From positions 1-25,983 of IMG/VR virus record IMGVR_UViG_3300037044_000261: a stretch of DNA of 25,983 nt, one strand, 5' to 3'. The position numbers were made by a program, and so were the translations under genes. Below are positions 17,919 to 25,860 of this stretch, in pieces (the first letter of the stretch is position 1; the number at the start of each line of letters is the position of its first letter). The DNA comes from a virus (Duplodnaviria; Caudoviricetes). The notes beneath the pieces were generated by a model. It saw nothing but the letters and a program-made list of their open reading frames with translations. It made no database searches and was not told where the DNA came from.

Positions 17919-20050
17919 GTTTTCTTCGCGCAAAGGGGACGTCGCGGGCATCCGTTCCAATGTATACCGGATTGCAAATACAGACGTCCAGCGCTGCCGT
18001 TCCAATTTCGATTGTTTACGGCGCGAACAAAGTGTCTTTCAATCTCATATGGACTGGCGGCTTCGCCGCCCAACCGCAATATGCGAAGAGCGGAGGGAAG
18101 GGAGGCGGCAACAAGACCCTGAATGGTTACGATTATCATGCCGCCTTCATTATGGGGCTATGCGAGGGACCAATCTTGGGCCTCGGGCGAGTATGGAATG
18201 GGCAATCCATTGGCGCCCTCGGGGACCTTGGGCTATCTTTGTTTAGCGGGACGACGCCTCAGAGCGCATGGGGCGCGTTGAGGCCAAACTTCGAAGACGA
18301 AGCGCTGCCGTACGGCGGGCTGGCCTATGTTGCGGCGTCTTGGTTCGATCTGGGATCAAGTGCTAACCTGCCAGCCCTTAATTTTGAAGTGCAAGGCGTT
18401 CTGTCGACCTCGGCGGTCGTTAACGAGTGTGACGCCGATCCAGCACTTATAATCCAAGATTTCTTGACAAATTCGCAGTACGGCGCGGGATTTCCGGCCT
18501 CCAGCATAGACGCGATGACACTCTTGGGTTCATCCGGAAGTTCGTCCTATCAGACCTATTGCCAAGCGTCAGGGCTCGCCATCTCGCCCGCAATTGTTAA
18601 TCAAGAGACCGCCAACAGCATTCTGGCGCGCTGGCTGCAAATTACCAACACCGTGGCCGTATGGTCGGGTGGTCAACTTAAATTTATTCCATACGGAGAT
18701 ATGTCAATTACGGGGCGGCGTCTCGGAGGCGCATCAATCACCTTCAACCCAAACCTAAACGTGATCTACCACTTGACTGACGACGATTTTGTTCTCGATG
18801 GCGACGAAGACCCAGTACAGGTAACGCGCGCCGATCCATATCTCGCGCACAATTGGCAGGCGATCGATATATCTCAAAGGTCGAACCACTACAACTCGAC
18901 CACGATTGAGGCATGGGACCAGAATGCGATCGAGCTTTATGGACTACGGAGAGCGCCAACTATTACGGCGCGCGAGATTTGCGATCCTAATGTTGCGCAA
19001 GTATCCGCTCAGTTGATTCTTCAGCGCGGGCTCCATGTTCGAAATACCTATATGTTCAAGCTTTCATTTGAATATTGTCTGCTTGAGCCTATGGATCTGG
19101 TGACCTTGACGGATGGTGGATTAGGGCTCGACAAAACGCCAGTTAGAATTGTTTCGATCGAGGAGGATGACGCGGGCATCCTAAGCATTACGGCAGAGGA
19201 ATTTCTTGGAGGCGTTGCGACGGCGGTCGCCTATCCCGTTCAAATTGGTTCTAGCACGCCAATCAATCGTAATATCTCGCCTACGCCGGTTAACGAGCCG
19301 ATAATTTTTGAACCCGGACCTGCCCTGACAAATGGTGTCCCGCAGGTTTGGATTGGGTTGTCCGGCGGTGCGGCTGGGGTCTCGGACCCGAATTGGGGTG
19401 GTGCATCTGTCAATGTCTCCTTCGATGACGTGTCATATGCTCGAATCAGTCAGGTAAGCGGCCCGGCGCGTCAAGGAGTTCTAACCGATCCGCTGCCCAG
19501 CGCGCTAAGCGGCGTAGTTGATCTAGCCAATATGCTTGCGGTCGATCTAACTATGAGCGCGGGAACGCTCGCGCCTGCGACGAATGTGGATGCTCAAAGC
19601 GGGGTTACCCTTGTTCTCGTTGATGACGAGCTTCTCGCCTACGGGGCGGCAACGTTGACAGGCGTAAGTTCTTATTCGCTGACGTCTCTTGAACGCGGGC
19701 TCCATGGAACATCGTCCGCTGCGCATTCAGTCGGCGCCCGCTTCTTGCGGCTAGACGACGCAATTTTCCGATATACGTTTCCGACAGCCTATGTTGGAAG
19801 AACCGTCTATTTTAAATTTCAAAGCTTCAACATATTTGGTGAGTCAACGCAAGATATGTCCGCTTGCGCGGCCTTTTCTTATACTCTTATAGGATCCGGC
19901 GCGCTTGGCTCTGTTGCGGGCGCCCTGTCGGTAGGCTCTGATCTTGATTTCGGGCTCACGTCCGCTGGAAGCAACGGTCAGGCGGATGACTTTGGGCTTG
20001 TGTCGGACGCATATACAACCGCAATTGACCTCGGATTGGCATCAGCATGA
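17915..20050 (+). CDS. Tail tip / host-specificity protein (Phage-tail_3/megatron-like, lacking the TIM barrel)
   Basis: PISIVYG, GLCEGPI, YGGLAYV, LPALNFEV and LEPMDLVTL motifs; follows NlpC/P60 with ATGA overlap. Confidence 0.83.
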   Translation: MSFLRAKGTSRASVPMYTGLQIQTSSAAVPISIVYGANKVSFNLIWTGGFAAQPQYAKSGGKGGGNKTLNGYDYHAAFIMGLCEGPILGLGRVWNGQSIGALGDLGLSLFSGTTPQSAWGALRPNFEDEALPYGGLAYVAASWFDLGSSANLPALNFEVQGVLSTSAVVNECDADPALIIQDFLTNSQYGAGFPASSIDAMTLLGSSGSSSYQTYCQASGLAISPAIVNQETANSILARWLQITNTVAVWSGGQLKFIPYGDMSITGRRLGGASITFNPNLNVIYHLTDDDFVLDGDEDPVQVTRADPYLAHNWQAIDISQRSNHYNSTTIEAWDQNAIELYGLRRAPTITAREICDPNVAQVSAQLILQRGLHVRNTYMFKLSFEYCLLEPMDLVTLTDGGLGLDKTPVRIVSIEEDDAGILSITAEEFLGGVATAVAYPVQIGSSTPINRNISPTPVNEPIIFEPGPALTNGVPQVWIGLSGGAAGVSDPNWGGASVNVSFDDVSYARISQVSGPARQGVLTDPLPSALSGVVDLANMLAVDLTMSAGTLAPATNVDAQSGVTLVLVDDELLAYGAATLTGVSSYSLTSLERGLHGTSSAAHSVGARFLRLDDAIFRYTFPTAYVGRTVYFKFQSFNIFGESTQDMSACAAFSYTLIGSGALGSVAGALSVGSDLDFGLTSAGSNGQADDFGLVSDAYTTAIDLGLASA

Positions 20051-20598
20051 GCATTCAAATCAAGCGTCGCCGTGAAGCTGAAAGCTTTCTTTCAAATTAT
20101 GCGGGCGCCGCCGGGGAGCTCCTGATCGACGTCACCAATAATAGAGTTCAAGTGCATGACGGCGTGACGCCAGGCGGCTTTCCAGCAGCTAAGCTGAGTG
20201 AGATCGTCGCCCTAGGGCCTCTTTCGACGATTGCGCTTGGCGCGCATGGGTCAAATATCAAATTTGGAGTCATTGAAGAGCTGCTGGCGCTATCCGGGAC
20301 CTCGACTAGCTCGACCATCCAAATTCCGAATCGAGCGATTGTGTTTGCCGTGTCGTCACGAACAGTCACAGCTGTTGTCGGCGCCCCATCTTATGGCGTC
20401 GGACCTTTTGGCGGCAATGCGACGCAGTTTGGCGGCGTCCTTGGCGTCGCCGTAGGGTCGAATAACTCGGGCGTAATCGGTCCAACTGCATTTTATTCGG
20501 ACACCAAAGTCGCGATTACAGCGACAAGCGGATCGTTTACGGGCGGTGAAGTCCGCGTCTCGATTCAATACATGCTTTGCGGCGTTCCGACGTCATAA
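20047..20598 (+). CDS. Short tail-fibre/receptor-binding protein: Mtd_N-like N-terminus plus C-terminus resembling DUF2793-family fibre tips
   Basis: N-terminal IQIKRR..GAAGELLID..VHDGVTPGG; C-terminal IPNRAIVFAVS.RT..FGG.LGVA.GS.N.GVIGPTAFY..SFTGG. Recognised from memory of these families. Confidence 0.62.
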   Translation: MSIQIKRRREAESFLSNYAGAAGELLIDVTNNRVQVHDGVTPGGFPAAKLSEIVALGPLSTIALGAHGSNIKFGVIEELLALSGTSTSSTIQIPNRAIVFAVSSRTVTAVVGAPSYGVGPFGGNATQFGGVLGVAVGSNNSGVIGPTAFYSDTKVAITATSGSFTGGEVRVSIQYMLCGVPTS

Positions 20599-20661
20599 TA
20601 GGACATATACAGGGTTTGTTGTTGAGTGGCTCATTTCGCCGGTCTATTGGAGCATTATCAA

Positions 20662-22410
20662 ATGAAGACGCAACTTATGCTTCCTCCCGAGGATGGCGGC
20701 CGAAACAGCGTCGTCGTTAACGGGCGCAACTATTCCAGCAAACCAGGCGTCTCAATTCATGTGCCAGGCTTTGACGCCGTAGCCCTGGAAGCAAATGGGT
20801 GGACGATCCTTACTGCTGGCGACGTAATAGGTGGGCGGGCGGACACCTGGGCGGCCCGCATGCGCTGCTGGGCCAGTTCGGCGCAAGGCAACAATCCCCA
20901 TGAACGGCCTTTATTGCGGGGCGCTCAAGCGTGGCGTCCGGCGCCGAACTGGGTTGCGACGGCGGTCTATTTGGTTGGCAATGCCGTCAATGCGAATTCC
21001 CAGCTTTGGGTGTGTATTGGGGCGGGAACCAGCGGATCGAATGCGCCGACAGGCTCGACGCTCGGAGCAATCATCCTAGATGGGACCGTTCGGTGGCTCT
21101 GGCAGCCCTATTTTGAAGGAACCTACGTCAGCAACGCTGGAAGCTTATTTCGGGTGATGACTGGCGGGTTGCCGGCCATCTCTGGAACAGGCCCTACAGG
21201 CGGTCCTGGACCAATCATTGATGGTACGACGACATTGAGCTATATGGGCCCGCAGGAATGCCCAATTGTCTCATATGGATTTGTTCACAATCCTGCTTTG
21301 TCAAGACAGCACACGCCGACACCGGTCGACAGTAATTCGCTGGTCAGATGGCGCGGGGGAATTCCAGTTACTCGGATCCTGAACGATATTCCACAGCCAC
21401 CGACGGTATGGACCTATTCGACTGATCCAAGCCCTTCTTCCGGCGGCATTATCTCCAATCCAGCGAATGGAATACAGAGGGATGCCGGTTGGTGCGGCTT
21501 TGAAGTGCGCCATGACGGTATCGTTTGTGAGATTTCGCTTCTGAACAATCAGACGGCGTTAAGCATTATTATAGATGGCCAATTCATTGCGGGCGTGACT
21601 TGGACTCCGACCGGGGCAGGCTCGCAACAGATTACGATTGACTTCAGTAACCTCGCGAGAAAATCCAGGGTCATCTGTGTCGAGGGGACGGCAGTCGGGC
21701 TCGTCAATCTTGCAACGGAGCCGACGGGGTCATTTCAAAGGCCAAACCGCGTTGATGATTCCTTTATGGTTGCGGGCATTTGCGACAGTCATGGATACGG
21801 CACGGGGGCCATGCTCCCTAGGTCGGCCAATTTTTTTCATACTCTCGCGACGTTGATGGGCTGGCCTGATGATTACTGCGATGCGCTCGCAGGAACCGGA
21901 TATATAGCAACAAACGGCGGTCTTTTCTCAAACTTCCAGGGCCGAGCGATTTCCCAGCTTCAACGAATCGTCGCGTACGGGAAGACAATTCAGGCAATCG
22001 TCATTGACGGTAGCCAAAACGACAGTGGCCAGCAGAACGCGGCTGTAACATATGCAGCGCTCGGGCTTTATCAATCTTTGCGAACGGCCGGCTTCAATCA
22101 GCCGATTTTTGTCATTGGAACGCCCTCAAATGGAGGGCCGTCTGCGACGCACATTGCCAATGATAACGCGGTCAAATCAGCGGTCACGATCAGGGTCGCG
22201 GAGGGTGACAACCTTATTTGGTATGTCGACATCAGTACGATGGCTCAGCCAGTCCTTTTCGGCACTGGCCGCGTTGGCGCAACTAATGGATCCGGGAATA
22301 CTGATTTCTACATCGGCGCAGATGGAACCCATATGTCTAACGCCGGCGCTCTTTATGTTGCGGTGTACATAAGGGACAAGATCAATGCGATCCTCTCTGG
22401 ACAGGCCTAG
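20662..22410 (+). CDS. SGNH/GDSL esterase with N-terminal attachment-like segment and two CBM-like repeats
   Basis: ATG 20662 after GGAG. SGNH blocks ICDSHG, AGTGY, DGSQND and DGTH; repeats Y..G..V....L[WF]...G..PTG...I.DGT. Confidence 0.78.
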   Translation: MKTQLMLPPEDGGRNSVVVNGRNYSSKPGVSIHVPGFDAVALEANGWTILTAGDVIGGRADTWAARMRCWASSAQGNNPHERPLLRGAQAWRPAPNWVATAVYLVGNAVNANSQLWVCIGAGTSGSNAPTGSTLGAIILDGTVRWLWQPYFEGTYVSNAGSLFRVMTGGLPAISGTGPTGGPGPIIDGTTTLSYMGPQECPIVSYGFVHNPALSRQHTPTPVDSNSLVRWRGGIPVTRILNDIPQPPTVWTYSTDPSPSSGGIISNPANGIQRDAGWCGFEVRHDGIVCEISLLNNQTALSIIIDGQFIAGVTWTPTGAGSQQITIDFSNLARKSRVICVEGTAVGLVNLATEPTGSFQRPNRVDDSFMVAGICDSHGYGTGAMLPRSANFFHTLATLMGWPDDYCDALAGTGYIATNGGLFSNFQGRAISQLQRIVAYGKTIQAIVIDGSQNDSGQQNAAVTYAALGLYQSLRTAGFNQPIFVIGTPSNGGPSATHIANDNAVKSAVTIRVAEGDNLIWYVDISTMAQPVLFGTGRVGATNGSGNTDFYIGADGTHMSNAGALYVAVYIRDKINAILSGQA

Positions 22411-22437
22411 TTTCGTAAAAGATGAAGTCGACGTCGC

Positions 22438-22460
22438 AGCCGCCGTCGGGCGGCTTTTTT
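22438..22460 (+). terminator. Rho-independent terminator
   Basis: AGCCGCC-GTCG-GGCGGCT followed by TTTTT, about 30 nt after the esterase stop. Confidence 0.85.
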
Positions 22461-22479
22461 GTTGCAGATTAGACCTTTG

Positions 22480-22872
22480 ATGCTCAGATTATTGTTCCGG
22501 CTAATTGTAATTGTCGCCTGGTGCGGTCTCGTTGTCGTGGTACGGGCCGAAGTTCTTTTATCTTGTCAAGGCGGTGTCTACCGCGCCTCCTATTATGGCT
22601 ATAAGGGCGGCCATGTCATTGCCTCTGGCGAGCAATTTCGGCGCGAAGGGCTGACGGCGGCGCATCGTCGAATGCCATACGGTGGGCGCCTGATGGTCGA
22701 GTTCATTGGCCGACGGGTGATGGTGCGCATCAACGATCGCGGACCAGCAATGTGGACGGGTCGCTGTCTCGATTTATCGAAAGGCGCGGGACGCGTCTTG
22801 GGGACGATCAAGGCGGGCGTCGTCGCTGTGCGAATCAAGCGGCTGAACCAGCCTCTTTCTTATCTCACATAG
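22480..22872 (+). CDS. RlpA-like (double-psi beta-barrel) lytic transglycosylase with hydrophobic N-terminus
   Basis: ASYYG, ASGE.F, LTAAHR, VRINDRGP and LDLS..A motifs. Start uncertain: ATG 22480 chosen because TTG 22459 overlaps the terminator. Confidence 0.85.
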   Translation: MLRLLFRLIVIVAWCGLVVVVRAEVLLSCQGGVYRASYYGYKGGHVIASGEQFRREGLTAAHRRMPYGGRLMVEFIGRRVMVRINDRGPAMWTGRCLDLSKGAGRVLGTIKAGVVAVRIKRLNQPLSYLT

Positions 22873-22882
22873 GGCGACAAAA

Positions 22883-23827
22883 ATGCGCGCGGATTTGCTC
22901 CATATTGTCACTGCCATCGCCAATCCTCATCGATGGGAGAGTCGCATACGGCTCGCGAGGGATGCAATTAGCCATTGGGTCGCGGATGGCGCGTGTGTTA
23001 CCGTTGTGGAATGCGCATATGGCGATCGCCCGCATGAATTGGCCGATATAGCCAAGATTAATCATGTCGCGGTGCGGGCGCGAACTCTGGTCTGGAACAA
23101 GGAATGCCTCCTGAATATAGGGATTTCGCGCCTTCCGCGAGAGGCGCAATATATTGCGACGCTCGACGCAGACGTCCGCTTCCGTCGGCCTAAGTGGCCG
23201 ACGGAGACGATACACGCCTTGCAGCTCTATCCGGTGGTTCAGCCATGGACAGATGCATACGATCTTGGGCCAAATGACGAGCACATCGCTCATCACAGGT
23301 CTTTCGCAAGGCAGTTCTTTCACGGCTTCCCTGTTGCGCCAATCGGGACGAATTGTTGGAAGGCGGCCGGGGGGCCTTACGATTATCCACATAGCGGTTA
23401 TGCCTGGGCGTGGACGCGCCAAGCTCTTGATCAGCTTGGCGGGTTGATTGAGATCGGAGGCATGGGATCGGGCGACCATCATATGGCGCTTGGACTTGCC
23501 GGCCAGGCTGATGCGTCGATTCCGTTGGGTGCGCATCCGTCCTACATCAGGGCAGTCAAGCAGTGGGAAGCGCGCGCTCTGACGCACATCAATCGGAAGA
23601 TTGGGTTTGTGAGGGGGACAATCGAGCACGCCTTTCACGGTCGAAAGGCGGACCGGAAATATGTGCCTCGTTGGGATATGTTCCTGAAATTTGGGTTCGA
23701 TCCAAGCGCGGATCTAAAGCGCAACACCTTTGGCGTGTTGGAGTTCGCAGGCAACAAGCCGACGCTCGAGCGGGCGTTTGATCGATACATGCGCGAACGC
23801 GAGGAAGACGTCAACACTCTCAGCTGA
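22883..23827 (+). CDS. Hypothetical protein, putative GT-A fold glycosyltransferase
   Basis: 314 aa. KECLLNIG, DxD motif TLDADV, G.AWAWTR..L..LGGL and GSGD motifs resemble GT2/GT7-like C-terminal patterns. Confidence 0.55.
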   Translation: MRADLLHIVTAIANPHRWESRIRLARDAISHWVADGACVTVVECAYGDRPHELADIAKINHVAVRARTLVWNKECLLNIGISRLPREAQYIATLDADVRFRRPKWPTETIHALQLYPVVQPWTDAYDLGPNDEHIAHHRSFARQFFHGFPVAPIGTNCWKAAGGPYDYPHSGYAWAWTRQALDQLGGLIEIGGMGSGDHHMALGLAGQADASIPLGAHPSYIRAVKQWEARALTHINRKIGFVRGTIEHAFHGRKADRKYVPRWDMFLKFGFDPSADLKRNTFGVLEFAGNKPTLERAFDRYMREREEDVNTLS

Positions 23828-23855
23828 GAAAGCAGGCCCAACGATATTCGGTACT

Positions 23856-23877
23856 GCCGCCTTCGGGCGGCGTTTTT
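23856..23877 (+). terminator. Rho-independent terminator with cUUCGg tetraloop
   Basis: GCCGCC-TTCG-GGCGGC-G-TTTTT, ending 18 nt before the endolysin start. Confidence 0.82.
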
Positions 23878-23895
23878 GTTGCGTGAGGATCCATC

Positions 23896-24621
23896 ATGGC
23901 GGCTGAAAATTATAAAGCGTGCTTGTCATTCGTGCTGCGTTTCGAAGGAGGCAGGAGCGACGATCCGAAAGATCCCGGGGGTCGAACGCTGAACGGCGTG
24001 ACGCAGACGCGGTACGATCAGTATAGGGAGGAAAAGCGGCTCGGTCGGCGCGATGTCTATCTGATGACGACAGATGAGCGGGACGAAATTTACCGCTCCG
24101 GCTATTGGGTGCCGATCAGGGGCGATCGGCTGCGTTCTGGCGAAGATCTCGTTGTCTTTGACTACGGCGTGAATTCCGGCCCAAGACGAGCGCTTTCGGC
24201 TTTGAGGCGTGCCGGGATTGGCGACGCATCTGCTGAGACAGTGGTTCACAGGCTTTGTGCGGAGCGCCTCTCTTTCTTGCATGGGCTCCGGACCTGGTCG
24301 CATTTTGGCTCGGGTTGGGGCCGCCGAGTCGCGGCGTGTGAGGCGCTCGCAGTTATGATGCTGCATGGCGTCGACAGCGAGAAGATTCTTGGGGACAAGG
24401 CGAAGCAGGCGAGCGCGGCGGGGAGAAAACACATGGCGAAGGGCGCCATTGGAGGCGCTGCTGCGTCGCAGGGTGATCTCATCCATCACGCCAGCGGAGG
24501 GCATATGGCGCTGACCATCGCCATTGGGGTCATTATCGCGATCGGGATTGGTATCGTCGCCTGGCAGGCGTGGCGACAATCTCAGCGAGCAGCGGCGTTC
24601 AAGGAAGCGGCACAGCGTTGA
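23896..24621 (+). CDS. GH108 family N-acetylmuramidase (endolysin) with C-terminal transmembrane helix
   Basis: EGG..D.KDPGG.T..GVTQ, VFDYGVNSG and FG.GW.RR motifs; tail MALTIAIGVIIAIGIGIVAW; RBS GAGGA. Confidence 0.88.
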   Translation: MAAENYKACLSFVLRFEGGRSDDPKDPGGRTLNGVTQTRYDQYREEKRLGRRDVYLMTTDERDEIYRSGYWVPIRGDRLRSGEDLVVFDYGVNSGPRRALSALRRAGIGDASAETVVHRLCAERLSFLHGLRTWSHFGSGWGRRVAACEALAVMMLHGVDSEKILGDKAKQASAAGRKHMAKGAIGGAAASQGDLIHHASGGHMALTIAIGVIIAIGIGIVAWQAWRQSQRAAAFKEAAQR

Positions 24622-24869
24622 CGGCGTCGATCTGATCTCGCGTGGGTCGCTTCGTTGAATGAAGGCGATAACGGCTTGCTCGGATGCGCTCCGTCGAATT
24701 TGGCGCTGGGTATGTCGGGGTCGTCGTTGGAAGCGCGTAGCGTCCTTCAGGTAGTTGGGGGGATTTGTAAATCATATGTCGCAACCGTAGCCGCTCCCGT
24801 TTTCGCGCGGAGCCCTTGGGCGAAATTCTCTATGCCGGCGTTGGCGTCGGCTCTTTGTGGAGACGCATC

Positions 24870-25235
24870 ATGATTTGGATTGCAGGAGGCGCGATTATCT
24901 TTGTTCTGCTGCTGCGGTTTTGGGTCCGGCCGAGAATTGCGGAATTTCGCAAATCGATCGGCCTCGACGCTAAAATTGCAGAGGCGGAGACGTTCTGGGC
25001 GTGGGTCAGGCTAAAGACTGAGGGTTTGAAGACCATTTTTGTCGGGGTCGGCGGCATGATCGCTGCTGCTATTCCCGAGCTGGCCAAGGAGTTCGCTGGC
25101 ATAGATCTTTCGCCCATCATCGGGTCTGACTGGGGCGGAAAGGTTGCAGTGGTAGTGGCGTTAGCGACGACTGTCTCCCATGTGATCGGCATTATGTCGG
25201 CGGCCAAAGCAGATCCCGTAAAGGAGGAGGCATGA
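24870..25235 (+). CDS. Small membrane protein, putative holin/lysis accessory
   Basis: ATG 24870 after GGAG; 121 aa with three hydrophobic segments; follows the endolysin. Confidence 0.6.
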   Translation: MIWIAGGAIIFVLLLRFWVRPRIAEFRKSIGLDAKIAEAETFWAWVRLKTEGLKTIFVGVGGMIAAAIPELAKEFAGIDLSPIIGSDWGGKVAVVVALATTVSHVIGIMSAAKADPVKEEA

Positions 25236-25681
25236 TGCTTGCGCTCATTGTTCCGATCCTAAACGCTCTGCTGGGTTCGCTCATAACCCCCTTCGTCACC
25301 GCATGGGTCGCGTATAAAAAAGATAAGCTGATGATCGAGCAAGCGGGGTACGCGGCGGGAGCCGCCGCGGACGTCGCCATCATGCAAACGGCGCTTACTA
25401 TGGAAGCGCAGAACAATGCGCTGAAGGTGCAAGTGCACGGCCATTTCATCAATCGCACCATCATGTGGGTTGCGGGATTCCCGGCGGCGCTTCATTTCGG
25501 TCTCGTGTTTGTTGACACGATCATTGCGGCAAAGCTCTTCTGCGGCTCGGCCATTCTCGGCGTACCGAAGCTTCCGGCGCCATATGACACTTACGAGTGG
25601 GCGATCGTCACCAGCTTTTTCCTTGTTCAAGGCGTGCACCTAGGAACAAGCAATGTATCGGCATGGCTCGGCCGGAAATAG
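25232..25681 (+). CDS. Membrane protein, putative holin (3TM-holin-like)
   Basis: 149 aa; hydrophobic N-terminus, helical linker, two more hydrophobic segments, LP.PY motif; strong RBS AAGGAGGAGG and ATGA overlap. Confidence 0.6.
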   Translation: MMLALIVPILNALLGSLITPFVTAWVAYKKDKLMIEQAGYAAGAAADVAIMQTALTMEAQNNALKVQVHGHFINRTIMWVAGFPAALHFGLVFVDTIIAAKLFCGSAILGVPKLPAPYDTYEWAIVTSFFLVQGVHLGTSNVSAWLGRK

Positions 25682-25860
25682 GGGCCGGCTTATGTCGGAA
25701 GGCTTTTCCGAGTTTCGCCGGAGATCTTCGGCGGTTCAATGCGCCTTGCTTGGCCGAGGCTCCGCCTCAACGATTTGAAGGAACAGCCATCTACAATTGC
25801 GGAGTTCTATCCATTAGCGGGTCAATTTCCGACTTCGGTTGGAGGGTTGTTTCGGTTGTT

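Larger units (their letters stand above)
2664..25681 (+). mobile_element. GTA-like element or replication-less prophage: head, tail and lysis operon
   Basis: Co-oriented virion and lysis genes with six ATGA overlaps and no visible disrupted ORFs. No integrase, repressor or replication gene in the window. Confidence 0.75.

Noticed and set aside
20047-22410. Diversity-generating retroelement suggested by the Mtd_N-like domain
   Set aside because: No reverse transcriptase and no template/variable repeat pair seen. The only long repeat (2153/2404) is intergenic and its differences are not adenine-specific.
24622-24869. 72 aa ORF (24655-24873) between endolysin and holin as a possible spanin
   Set aside because: No clear RBS, signal peptide, lipobox or membrane anchor.
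5449-25800. Recurring CAATTGTAG motif (palindrome 5449-5460, 10364-10372, reverse at 25791-25799)
   Set aside because: Found post hoc; one copy is simply a gene end (CAA TTG TAG) and the CAATTG core is also frequent in coding regions.
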